A stretch of 64,000 bases of DNA from Schmidtea polychroa. Its lineage: Eukaryota. The stretch is from NCBI GenBank assembly GCA_044892525.1, contig CM097888.1, positions 46,190,001 through 46,254,000 on the forward strand. Reading direction: 5' to 3'. Below, piece by piece: positions 13,260 to 25,038 of the stretch (the first letter of the stretch is position 1; the number at the start of each line of letters is the position of its first letter). A program made the translations under genes and the position numbers. The notes beneath the pieces are model-generated. The model ran no database searches. It was given only the letters and a program-made list of their open reading frames with translations, and was not told the DNA's origin.

Positions 13260-13701
13260 CAGTAAAAGTTGTTTTCTTAATCCTTTGACACCACATAAAT
13301 TTCTTCTTTTGGCCTTCATTTATATATTTTCAACTCTGTTTGTTTTTGCGTGTGTAATTGGATTAACAAAATTAACAAACACGCCATAAATCAGAAACAA
13401 TTGTGGTCCCAAGTAAAATTAACTTTTGAATTATTGGGAGTAGTGTAGCTTAGTCTATCCCGCCAAATATCCACTGTTCTATTACAAGACGTTCAACATT
13501 GTACTTTCTTTTTACAAAGAGACTTTCATCTATTTGAATAACACGCAAATTATTGCCAAGTATTACTGGATTGGCAAGTAATTTCAAAATTAAAATTTCC
13601 CTCAAATAATTCTTCCAGTCTGTTATAGCTTCTTTTCCAATCCCTAGCTCCCTCTTTTTTTTGTGAGCATTCCTCATAAACTCAATAATTAGGGTTTCCA
13701 C
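13260..13701 (-). pseudogene. Merlin (IS1595/ISXO2-like) transposase remnant
   Basis: IQIDESLFVKRKYNVERLVIEQWIFGGID, and downstream NFVNPITHAKTNRVENI; deleted and frameshifted. Confidence 0.8.
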
Positions 13702-14150
13702 CTCTCCGAGTTTCAGTGAGTTATCTCCGGGCTCCGGGTTTAACTATTATTTTTTATTATTATTAAAATGAAAAAGTAAGAAATAATATAATTAAATTTG
13801 TATTTTGAGACAATTTCATTAATTTGTTAAAATCAAAATCAAAATGGATTTGATATTTCACATGATTTTGTCAAAAAATTTCAATATAATTGAAATAATG
13901 GTACAAAAGAAATAACTGGGAATTTTTTGTTAAATAAGTTACAAAAAATTAAGAATTAATATAACAGAAATGTAGGCTTTATATATATTTAGTATTTTTT
14001 AAAAAACATTAAACCCTATTTTAAAAACTAAGGTGTTCGAAATTTTACTAAGCTTTCTTGAGGATTATGTGCGGAAAAAAATATTTGCTTATAAACCAAA
14101 CCATTAAAAAAGAAACCATGTCATCTGCGCGGACGTCAATTGCGCGGGTC

Positions 14151-14379
14151 NNNNNNNNNNNNNNNNNNNNNNNNNNNNNNNNNNNNNNNNNNNNNNNNNN
14201 NNNNNNNNNNNNNNNNNNNNNNNNNNNNNNNNNNNNNNNNNNNNNNNNNNNNNNNNNNNNNNNNNNNNNNNNNNNNNNNNNNNNNNNNNNNNNNNNNNNN
14301 NNNNNNNNNNNNNNNNNNNNNNNNNNNNNNNNNNNNNNNNNNNNNNNNNNNNNNNNNNNNNNNNNNNNNNNNNNNNNNN
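14151..14379. other. Assembly gap (229 N)
   Basis: N run; it truncates the 3' LTR of the adjacent Gypsy element. Confidence 1.
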
Positions 14380-14522
14380 ATCCATCTTTAAATTTGCAGC
14401 AAAAATCTTGAAACTAACAATATATATTTAATCAAAGAATTTCTAAATAACAAGTTTTAATTAATTCGCAAAACCGCCAATTCCAAATTATTTAAACAAA
14501 CAGATATCTAACTCTCCCCTTC

Positions 14523-17500
14523 TTAAGAATTTTTCCACTTCTTCAGCCACTCGATTCTTCTTTCTTTCGTTCCTTCTTGTGAATGTAGTTCGACTCGATG
14601 AGGTGATAGAAATCTGGCGATTTTATATGGGCCATCGTATTGCATACCATCCTTGTGCCTGTTCTGCGGCTCTTTACGTACGAGTACCTCCTCCCCCACC
14701 TCGAAAACACGAGTGCCCCTCTTTGTCTTATCCATGGCTCTCATAGTGTCTGCGGCTTTACTCGAATTAAATCTCGCGTCTTCGATTCTTTCGCTTCTTG
14801 ATATCTCGGCTTGTTTCAGGTTAGAGTGTAGGTTAACACTCCGTCCATAGATTATCTCAAATGGTGATAAACCTGTAGCACTTTGTCGACTGCTATTTAT
14901 AGTGAACTCTATTCTGGGTAGAAGTTCGTGCCAGTTTCTCTCTTCACATCCGCCTGCCAATGTTGCTGTAATAAGATCTCTTATCGTTCGTATGGCTCTT
15001 TCGGCTAAACCATTTGATTGGTGCTGATAAGGTGAGCTGAATTCCTGTTTGATTCCAAGTTTCTGTAGCTTCTGTCTTAGGAAATTCCCTTCGAAATTTC
15101 GGCCTCTACCAAATCGATAGATCCAACTATTAAGTATTGTTTTGAAAATGGTCCCTTCGTCTTGCTTTGTGATTGCAGTTAAAGAAATCAGTTTGCTAAA
15201 ACGGTCCACCATTACTACCATATATTTTTTCATGGCGTTTATTTCCATGTAAGCCACATCTAAAACAATCTGTTCTAGGAATTCAGAGCTATATCTAGGA
15301 ATAAATGTTTCCTTGGTTCTTGTCTGATCGATCTTTCTCTTAGCGCAGATCTCGCAACATCGTAAACAGAGTTGGATTGTTTCTTGCATTTTCGGCCAAT
15401 AAAATATCTTTTCCATATAATGAAATAATTTCTTAACTCCAATGTGACATAGTTCTTCATGTAGTGTTGTTGTTAACAGGCCTGCAAATGTTTCTGGGAC
15501 TAACATTAAGATATTTTTGTTCTTTTCTACTGTTATTAATCCTCCATCAATTCGTGTATTTTTTACGTTAAAAGGAAAACAATTCTTTTTCTCCCGTGTA
15601 CATCCATTTTCCAATATCTCTCGCAGCTCTTGAAACCGAATGTCCTTTTGTTGTTGTTCCCATACTTTTTCCATAGCTTCTGTTCTTTGGATAGTATATA
15701 TATATCTAATCTTTGATTTTCCTTGCTTAGCTTCTTCATGTCTTGTTTGACACTGGGTGCAAATCATACTTTTTAATCTTGATAGTCCATCTGCATTCGA
15801 GTGTTCTTCTCCTTTCCGATATTTTAGTTCAAAATCATATTCCGAGAGGTTAGCTAACCATGTTTGGAACTGCGGACTGATTGGCGTTTTTGTAGTGTTC
15901 ATGAAAACCAATGCCTTGTGGTCGGTGCGAATTATGAATTTTTTTCCGTACAGATATTCTCTAAAATGCATGACGTATTCATGTACGGCGAGCAGTTCTT
16001 TCCTGGTTACACAGTATCCCTTTTCATGTGATGACATATGTCTCGAGCCATAAGCTATGACCGATTCTTCTCCATCTTCTGTAATTTGACTCAAAACTGC
16101 ACCAATGGCTCCAAAACTAGCGTCTGTGTCTAAGATAAAAGTCCTATCTTCTCTTGGAAAATCAAGGATAGGTGCTTCGCACAACCGTCTCTTCAGAGTT
16201 TGGAAGCTCTCATTGCATTCTTTAGTCCAATTTATATCTTTATCGCATCCAGATGTTGCAGCGTATAATGGTTCGGCGATTTTGGCATAGTCTTTGATGA
16301 ATCTTCTATAGTAGTTCGTTAATCCGAGAAACGATCTCAATTGTTTTGAACATTTTGGTACTTCTGCTTTCTCGATCTCTTCCACTTTCTTCCTGTTTGT
16401 CTGTATACCCTTCTCGTTAATTGTGTGACCAAGGAAACACAATTCTGTTTTATTGAATTTGCATTTTTCTGGATTTATCTTCAGTCCTGCCACTTGAATT
16501 CTTCTGAATATTTCCCTTAATAGCTCATCGTGGTCTTTTTGACTTTTACCATATACCAAGATATCATCTAGATAAACTACTACTCCCTTGAATAGCATTC
16601 CTTCTAGCACTGTGTGCATCAGTCTCTGGAATGTTGCAGGAGCTGTTGCTAAGCCAAATGGTAGTCTATTGAAGCAAAATTGTCCTTCTCTTGTACTGAA
16701 TGCAGTCATCTCTTGAATTTCTGGAGCTAACTCCACTTGATAATACGCCTGACCTAAATCGATTGACGAAAATATTTTTGCATTCGCGAGACAGTCTAGT
16801 AAGAAATTGGTATTAGGCATCGGAAATGACTCTTTTTCTGTTATGGAATTTAATCCACGATAATCTACACACATCCTGATAGATCCATCTTTCTTCCCTA
16901 CTATCACTAACGGGGCATTCCAAGGACTCTTGCAACACCGAATAACATTTGCTTTCATTAACTCTTTTATCAGTTCTTCAATCTTTTTCTCCATGTGCAT
17001 TGGTTGACGTCGAGGATGTTGCATTATTGGGCCTCCTGTTATCCGCATCTCATGTCGAACTAAGTTTGTAAATCCCAGATCGAATTTCGATGCCATAAAA
17101 ATTCCGCCGAATTCCCTGATCATTCCTTCAATATCTTTATTATTCTCACCTGCCATCGCCACTAGTGCTTTATTTATTCTTTCTTCATCAGTGTAAATTT
17201 TGTTTATCAATGACGTTTCTATATTATTGATTTTCATTAACTTTACTCCAAACTCTTTCATTGTATCAATGCCCCCTATGAATTCGGGTTTGATCTCTTT
17301 TACCACTACTACTGTGATCATTTTGGTCTTCTGATTCCACGTGGCCGGTATAGTCATGTATCCCATTGCTTCTTCACCTCCAGTTGAAAAAACTCCGCAC
17401 AATAATATCATACAACGTTTAAGTTCTGGTTTGCCTATTTTCTCCCACAAATTCTTGCTCATAACTGTTACTGATGCTCCAGAATCCCATAACATCTCTG

Positions 17501-17558
17501 TTTCGGCATTATTCAACATTATTTTACTCCAATTTCTTCCATCTTTCGTCTGGTACAT
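14523..17558 (-). CDS. pol: Gypsy Pol (PR-RT-RNase H-IN); integrase lacks the second catalytic Asp region
   Basis: LWDSGAS, YLDD, DASFGA, H-H-C-C zinc motif, LDVAY, AERAI, GPY. The usual RFGxPxxIxxDxGxNF reads RFGRGRNF. The frame is open upstream to ~17690. Confidence 0.92.
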   Translation of the reverse strand: MYQTKDGRNWSKIMLNNAETEMLWDSGASVTVMSKNLWEKIGKPELKRCMILLCGVFSTGGEEAMGYMTIPATWNQKTKMITVVVVKEIKPEFIGGIDTMKEFGVKLMKINNIETSLINKIYTDEERINKALVAMAGENNKDIEGMIREFGGIFMASKFDLGFTNLVRHEMRITGGPIMQHPRRQPMHMEKKIEELIKELMKANVIRCCKSPWNAPLVIVGKKDGSIRMCVDYRGLNSITEKESFPMPNTNFLLDCLANAKIFSSIDLGQAYYQVELAPEIQEMTAFSTREGQFCFNRLPFGLATAPATFQRLMHTVLEGMLFKGVVVYLDDILVYGKSQKDHDELLREIFRRIQVAGLKINPEKCKFNKTELCFLGHTINEKGIQTNRKKVEEIEKAEVPKCSKQLRSFLGLTNYYRRFIKDYAKIAEPLYAATSGCDKDINWTKECNESFQTLKRRLCEAPILDFPREDRTFILDTDASFGAIGAVLSQITEDGEESVIAYGSRHMSSHEKGYCVTRKELLAVHEYVMHFREYLYGKKFIIRTDHKALVFMNTTKTPISPQFQTWLANLSEYDFELKYRKGEEHSNADGLSRLKSMICTQCQTRHEEAKQGKSKIRYIYTIQRTEAMEKVWEQQQKDIRFQELREILENGCTREKKNCFPFNVKNTRIDGGLITVEKNKNILMLVPETFAGLLTTTLHEELCHIGVKKLFHYMEKIFYWPKMQETIQLCLRCCEICAKRKIDQTRTKETFIPRYSSEFLEQIVLDVAYMEINAMKKYMVVMVDRFSKLISLTAITKQDEGTIFKTILNSWIYRFGRGRNFEGNFLRQKLQKLGIKQEFSSPYQHQSNGLAERAIRTIRDLITATLAGGCEERNWHELLPRIEFTINSSRQSATGLSPFEIIYGRSVNLHSNLKQAEISRSERIEDARFNSSKAADTMRAMDKTKRGTRVFEVGEEVLVRKEPQNRHKDGMQYDGPYKIARFLSPHRVELHSQEGTKERRIEWLKKWKNS

Positions 17559-17605
17559 CTCTTCTTCTGCCTCGTCTCTTCGTTGTCCATTTCCTATTTC
17601 ACAAT

Positions 17606-18912
17606 TTATTGTCTTGACTCCACCGACGAAATGAAACCCATGGAGTCGCTGATGTTTTTTCCGTCTTCTCTCAATATAGTATATTTCTCAGGGACATTGT
17701 ATCTATCTTCCATATTGCTGTGATCCATTCTGAAATCCTGGCTGTTCTCGGTGTAATCTCTTGTTTCAGATTTTGAATCTTCTTCTTCTATGCACGCTAT
17801 TCTTTGATATCGTTGTGGAACATCTTTCCGTAACGAAAAACAATCTCGGAACCCGTGTCCTTCCTTGCCACATATCAGACATTTATTTCCCAGTGGACAC
17901 TCATACCTTCTATGTCCCCTTTCGCCACAGCAAAAACAATCACCTACCGTTAATTTTGGGACCGATGCTTGTGGTAGTCCCCTACTTTCATTGTACAGCC
18001 TCCTTGCAATATTCTTCATGGATATTGTTGGCAGCTTCCTTTCTGAGCTATTCGGGATTCTCGCATTTCTCAAGAATTGTTGTCTTGGAGATTGTTCTCG
18101 ACGACCATGGTTATTTCCTTCGTATTGTATTGGTCCGCGTATAGGATGTTCGTCTCTTCTTGATCTGTGGTGACTAAATTGGTCCTCTGGTAGTCTTCTT
18201 TGTGATGATGTATGCATGGGATCTTGGGTATTCTTTTGAATTCTCATCTTCCCTCCCTCAGTCACGCTAGCGTATGTTCTTTGACCGATTGCTTTAATAA
18301 ATTCTGTTTTATGGTTTCCATTTTTGTTACTTTCAAAATTTTCGCCAATGATCTCGTTTCTTCAATTTTTGTTTCTGGTTTCGTCAATAGTATCTCTCTC
18401 AGTCTCGCATCGCGTGCTTTATTTGCGATGAGATCTTGAACAATATCTTCTTCTGATCGTCCTGAATTTATAACTTCAGCTAAAGCTTTCCTTAGCCGTA
18501 TTTCAAAAGCTGCAAACCTTTCATCATCTTCCTGTTCCATAGCTGCCAATTCTCTGATTTTGTCAGTTATTGATTTTGTAATTGTGAACGTATTTAAGAA
18601 CCACGCTTTGGCTTTTACATCTGTTGTTTCTGTTTCTCTGACGTTTCCCCACAATGTCTTTGCTTCTGCCACTAATCACACATCGAAAGTGCTTGTCAAT
18701 CGCTGTCCATTTGTCAGCAACCATTCTTCTATATCCCTGATCCATTCTTCGGCTTCTTTCAAACCTCGTCCATCATATCGTCTGATGTTCAATGTGAGCA
18801 TGTCTTGGCATGATTTCGGTAGGCATTCCATTAGCGATTTTGTCGATTTTGAAATGGCGTTGATATTTTGATTTTCGGTGTGGTCGCCAGTTAAATCCAT
18901 CTTTAGATCCAT
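17606..18912 (-). pseudogene. gag: Gypsy Gag, disrupted (in-frame TGA at 18676-18678; frameshift at ~18265)
   Basis: Three consecutive ORF pieces give a capsid-like region and two CCHC knuckles (CFCCGERGHRRYEC, CLICGKEGHGFRDC). Confidence 0.85.
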
Positions 18913-20611
18913 CTTTAAATTTGCAGCAAAAATCTTGAAACTAACAATATATATTTAATCAAAGAATTTCTAAATAACAAGTTTTAATTAATTCGCAAAA
19001 CCGCCAATTCCAAATTATTTAAACAAACAGATATCTAACTATTATTATTAGTATTATTATTATTAGTATTAATCTATATACTCCGAGTCTATCCGACAAA
19101 ATATTTTGTCCCCCTATGGGTAATGCTCACAAGGGTACTGCTCACGCTCAACAACTCACAAGGGTATTATTAAACAATTGACTACCCGCGCAATTGCCTA
19201 CCGCGCAGTTGGAACCGCGCAATTGGCGTCCGCGCAATTGACGTGCTACGTTAAAAAATTTATGTATTTATTTATATTGTCTCAAAAATACACGTTTATA
19301 TTAATTTATTTTTATTCTAGACACATACTGTCCCTCCACCCCGATGAGTATGTAAGCGTATACTCGTCGAGTGGAGTCTTTTTTTAAAAAGATAATTGTC
19401 TATTTTTTTAATAGTTTGTGAACTCATATACGTTTCGCACTTTTTAAAAATCTTTCACAATTTAATCTACTTTTTAGCTACTTTTATCTCTTATTTAATA
19501 TTTTTAACCAAAATAAATTCAAAGGTTTTTATTTACATTTTATAACATTTTAAATATTTCAAATAAATTCAGATCGATTGGACAGAATTAAAATTTTCTT
19601 CATCGTGAGTTCTAAATTTTCCGTGCCCCTCGGTTCAGAAGTACTTTTCGAAATTCTCAACATTGGTAGTAGAATTCCTGAATTAGTTCTCGTTGATACA
19701 TTCAGCCTTGTTTTATTTCCTTTTGGTACCTGAAATTCTTTCTGAACTTTATGATCAAGATGAAGAAACTATTTTAAAAAAGGAAATCTTAACTGAAAAT
19801 TAAATGGAGTTGTTTGCATTTTCTAGTCTATTCGACAAAAAGATTAATCTAATTGTTTTAAATGATTATATATTCGAAAAATGTATTTTATTCAATGGGT
19901 GTGATTCTTCAACTAAAACTATAACAATGGTGAAATTTAAGGATAATTTTGGATACATGAAATGAATATCAATATTATTTTTTTAAATTATTGATTTTTT
20001 ATAATAATCTTTATGAAAGTTAGAAATCTTAAAATTTTGTAGATTAATATGTTGATAATGAACTGTATTTTAACGCGCATTCTAATTACGAATTTAAATA
20101 GAAAATTTATTTTTCACAATTTCAATGCACCTTTTTATAATAGATTGCCCGCGCAATCTATTCAATTATAATGTGCGCGCATAGGTAGGCTTGTTTAAGT
20201 TCAATTTCTTTATCAACCTTATTTTGTGTAAGCCCTGGAAACTGTTCAAATTTTGTTTTTATAAGTCCAGTGGTCGCTATTATTTTAAGGTCAAGATGCC
20301 TTTCTGTAATTTTCCACAACACGATTGAATGCAACTTCTAGATTGTTTCACTAATGAGACAACAACGTCGTTAGACTTATCCTTTGACACTGCAAATATT
20401 AAATTGTTTACCTAAAATTGGAGTATTTCAAGAATGATTCAAATATTAATATAAGTAATGAAAATGATTAAAAAATATTATTCTAATATAATACAAAGAG
20501 ATTCCAGAACCTCATGATAATCTAATTCAACTTTAGGATTGCTTACAAATAAAAGTGAAATATTAATTTACTAATTTTAATCCTCATTTTTTAATGTGCA
20601 TTTTAAAATAG

Positions 20612-20806
20612 GACGCAAAAAATGGTGTATGTGGCGTCACTTATAGAGTCACTGAGCCTGGATTATACACTTGCATTGTAAAATTTAATAGAAAGCATAT
20701 AATGGGTTCTCCATTTGCTATAAATGTAAACCCCAAGCAAATCATTGGAAATAGCAGGTCAAATGAAATCCCAACAAAATTAGAGCCGTACCGACAAATG
20801 TATCAG
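20612..20806 (+). CDS. FLN: Filamin-like exon
   Basis: DAKNGVCGVTYRVTEPGLYTCIVKFNRKHIMGSPFAINV continues the previous exon in phase 0. Confidence 0.9.
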
Positions 20807-20849
20807 GTTTTTAAAACATTATTAAAATTATTTTTTACTACTGGTTAAG

Positions 20850-21189
20850 ATCGGGAAAAAGTCAATTTTTAAAACAAAATTAAATAAAATACATCTTGAT
20901 CCCAAAATCATGTGGTTTGCGTTTCTTCATTCCCCATCTGGTGATAAAAAAGAAGTTTATATCAACTATGATTACAAAAATGATATCATATGGGCTGAAT
21001 TTGTACCAAATGAAATTGGAATTCACTGGCTGGCATTTATGTATGAATCAGACAAGCATTTGCCCATAAATCATGACACTTCTTTCCAAATAATTGTGGA
21101 AGAAATCGATAATTTTGATTTAACTAAATTTCACAGAGAATTAGAATCGATTAAAGTTTTTGGTAAAGGTTTGGTAAGAGGCAAAGCCG
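20850..21189 (+). CDS. FLN: Filamin-like exon (divergent repeat-22-like Ig)
   Basis: Follows a 43-nt intron; HSPSG...EFVPNEIGIHWL...KVFGKGLVRGKA. Confidence 0.85.
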
Positions 21190-21239
21190 GTAGGTTTCAT
21201 TTAATTTGCTAATTTTTCTAAATTGAATTGCAAAACAAG

Positions 21240-21445
21240 GAACTCCTAATTCCTTTCAAATTGAGATAGGGGAATCGGTTAGTGGTGCTTTAAATGTTAC
21301 TGTAGATGGACCAAGCAAAGTAGAAATCAAATGCAATGAAACTGAAAAAGGTTTCCGATTTTCATACATTCCTGCTATACAAGGAGATTATTTAGTAACC
21401 ATTAAATATGGTGGGGAATATCAAATCAAGGGTTCTCCTTTTCAA
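21240..21445 (+). CDS. FLN: Filamin-like exon (repeat-23-like Ig)
   Basis: Follows a 50-nt intron; GALNVTVDGPSKVEIKC...YIPAIQGDYLVTIKYGGEYQIKGSPFQ, then GTATGT. Confidence 0.9.
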
Positions 21446-24400
21446 GTATGTATTAATTGGTTTTATAATCAAAAATATTGTTAATGATTATTTACTTATT
21501 AATCTGGGACTTAAGGATTTCACATGAAACAATAAGCAATAGAACAAGAAATTGTGTAGCAAATTATGGACAAAATAGAGAAAATTAAAATCATAGCACT
21601 AAGTATTTCATGTTAAACTATTGCAACCCATTAAAATATACACAGTTCTATTTTATTGGTCCTTTAATCGATTTACTTTTTTGATGCAAAGGAAGGATCA
21701 GAATCCTGTGGAACATTTCTCTTGCAATAAAATATACTATAACTTCATTTTTTCAGGCTACAGATCAATATAAATAAAAATATTGATTGGTAATCTAAGA
21801 AATGAAGATAAAGGAAATTGAAAATGAAAATAGATTAATGCCGGAAAATATAAAAGATTTTATTGATTTCAATAAATTGAAATTTTTGGTAAATAATCAA
21901 TAATATTTGTGCATTTATTGATTGTCGTTATTTATAGGAAATAATATGTACTTAAATACCCGTTTTATTATATCTGAATCATATCCCATTTACTAAATAG
22001 ACAACAAATACTTAATAATCTAAATATTTCGCTTACACTCAATATTTTTGGTACTAAATGGTTCAGATTCAAACTTTTTTCTTCATAATTATTTATTTTG
22101 TACATTGCGGCTTATTTTCAACAAATTTCATTCAACAAAATCAATAATAACATTTAATAAAAACATGCTTAAGTGATTATTCCGGATTATATTTACCATC
22201 TACTTCAATTACTGCTTCCAGTTTGCTGGGCACTCAGTCATTTGATTTCATGGGCAAAGAAATTGCTTTTCTTAGAGGCAACATACTCTTTGGCGACGAC
22301 CAACAAGTTATCCAAGTCATCGTAAACTTAGTTTACGCGCCGATTTTTAGCGATCGATTGATGTGGTAGTCCATAGACTCTTCAGTGGGAGGATATTGTT
22401 GATGAGGATGATTGTCGTTCCCAGCCATTATTAGAGATATATTCGACAACACGACGCTCAATATGCAGACGCGCATTTTCCTGTGGAAGACAATATGGTT
22501 CTTTGTTCTTGTTCTTTTCGTCTCGATTGCAGCGTGAGTGTGGTCAAGTTGAATCAGATGGAAGTCGATGTTGATATTAATTTACCACTTGTCGTTGTTG
22601 TCCGATATCCTATATCCAATACCAAATCCCGTTTGAGATGATTTCCCATTTGACAATTCTACTTTTATTTTTCATTAAGAGCAACATATTCATCTAAAAA
22701 GGTATCTCTAATGGGTCTTGCAAAATTTTAAATATCAAAAGATTGAAATGGAACGTCTTTTTCAAATCCCACGTTGATACGAAATTCTATCTCTACAGAA
22801 TCAATTTCTGTTATAACATTATTGAATTCATTAATGAAATAATGAATTTGAATTTACGTTAATTACAACCATTTTAATTATGTGATTTACGTAAATTGTA
22901 TTCATATCATTTTTAAAGTCAGCATCGTCTTCAAAATCAAAGAAAGTAGTAGTCTGATTATTATTTAAATTTTCTTTAAATATTTGAAATAATAGTAGGT
23001 AATTCAAAAATTTATTTTTTCATTAACAAATTAAATTGACCTAAATGATCTTTATGTTGATCATAAAAGTCAAAATAATTTAATTTTACTGTCAATTTAC
23101 ATACGGGACAAACAAAATAAATAACAACGTTACGGGATTCATCATAATATTTTCCCATTGTTTAATGAAATTTTTCTTCATAGAACCGTGGGTGAAAGGC
23201 CTAAATTTCAAAATAAAGAAAAAAGAATAAATATAAATAATAATGAATATTTAAAACATGATAAAGTTGATTGATAACATATGAAGAATCATACAATTAA
23301 ATAAATGTAGTCTGAAAAATAAAATCTGATTGGTCAAATTTATTTATAAAAAATTTAGTATATACCAAGTATATAATGATAAAATTATTATATTTATTGA
23401 TGCGACCATAGAAGTAATTTTATTATCTTTATTTAGTATTGCTTAATCATTTTTTAGAAGCCTCAGTAAAAATGGAGAAACAGTTAAATTTAGATATTAT
23501 CTTTAAAATATTTTAGGTATATTACTGCCTATGGTGGATAGTCAATTCAATAAAAATTTTACATTTATGAATAAGATAGATATAGATTTGCTTTCAAAAA
23601 TATTAAAAATGAAAATTCACAATTCCTGATAAAAATTCAAATTCAGGGTTTTAAGTTAAAAATTGCAAATTTTACAGACCAGACGTTGATCGGTCCAGTT
23701 TTATTTCATAAGTGGATAACCGATCATAGTTTAATAAATACATGACTAAAAGGCAGAACTGGGTCAGGGTGCCGCCATGCAGTTTGCAGAGCATCTGGGG
23801 CACATTTTTAATGAGATTCAGAGCTGGTCGGATCAAAATTTACGAACGCGATAATTAATGAGGTCGAATAGATCAATAGACTTGGTGGCGTTTCCATAGG
23901 CCGAGTGCTTCATGCGCTAGAGGTACAATCTTTGGCATGACGCAGATGTGCAGACGTTTATATATTCGTTTTTGATTCAAATTTTATGAAACACGTCTAG
24001 TTGGGAAGCCCCCCTGCAAGATTTTCAAAATGGCCCCAATACAACCAATGTAAATTTGATAGATAATATTTTTATATTATAAAAAACTATTTTATTAATT
24101 TATTTAAAGAAACTTTAAATAAATATCAACAACAACGGCTGACGGAAACTTGGCAATGAGACTAATGACGTCAGCATAGATCAAAGATGGGAAGTAAAAC
24201 AAATAGAGTGAATTAACTGTAAATTCCAACGTCATCTGGATTTATAATTTGCATTCGAGTCTGAATCACTGCTCACTAGCTTAAAACAGATCCTAAAACT
24301 ATGCGCCGACCGCGCGTCAATAGTAATATTCTAAATCAGCTGCATGCCTGCATGATTTATTAATTTTGCTAGGATTACAATGAGTTTCGGTTTCCAGCTT

Positions 24401-25038
24401 TCTGCTGTGTTAATTAATTAAAATATTTCATTTTTACAGTTATGAAAATGGACCCCTTTTGCATGGGCTCCGCAGTTGAGGGTCCATAGTTACGCTACTG
24501 ATAGTGGGCATAAAGTAAAATTATTACGTTGTACTATGTATCCATGGTTATTTGGATTGGACTATACTCCTTATTTCTCACTACTACTAATAGTTACAAG
24601 GAATTGATTTCTCAAAAATTAATAGAAGTATGCAGACAAAACATGATGAACAACGTTTCCAAAAATGCTTCAACTTTCGAATAATAACTTCATTCACTGA
24701 GTTAGAGGTCGTAAAACAAAAAGTTGAAGATAGAATTTTCTATAAAGGTGTAAAGAAACTATTAGATCATAATATCATTAAAAGAAAATATGTCTTGGAT
24801 TTTTTTGAAATTGCGGCTTCTTAATCAGCATCACTTGATCAGTTTATGAATCAATTTGGCATTAAGGATTCTTTTTAAAATTAAGAGTCAAAAATTTATG
24901 AATTCTAATAACACAACAAGCCATTGTCAACATTTCTATATTTCATTATCAAGTACAAAAACAATTATATAATTAAAAAAGAGCAATCAGAATTCTTTAA
25001 CATTTAAATCTGATTTACAAAATATGGGTCAGTAAATC

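Larger units (their letters stand above)
14380..19040 (-). mobile_element. Gypsy/Ty3 LTR retrotransposon with ~152-bp LTRs (AGTTA...TAACT termini)
   Basis: 5' LTR 18889-19040; 3' LTR 14380-14513 (rest in gap), identical over 134 bp; PBS TGGCGACCA at 18889-18881; PPT AAGAAGGGGAG at 14524-14514. Confidence 0.93.

Noticed and set aside
14058-14411. ORFs spanning the N run
   Set aside because: They are artefacts of the assembly gap.
22200-24000. GC-richer patches that may be decayed transposases (an RPH...PALNLIKNV Tc1-like trace at ~23780-23880)
   Set aside because: Too degraded, with wrong motif spacing and no termini found, so the family cannot be assigned.
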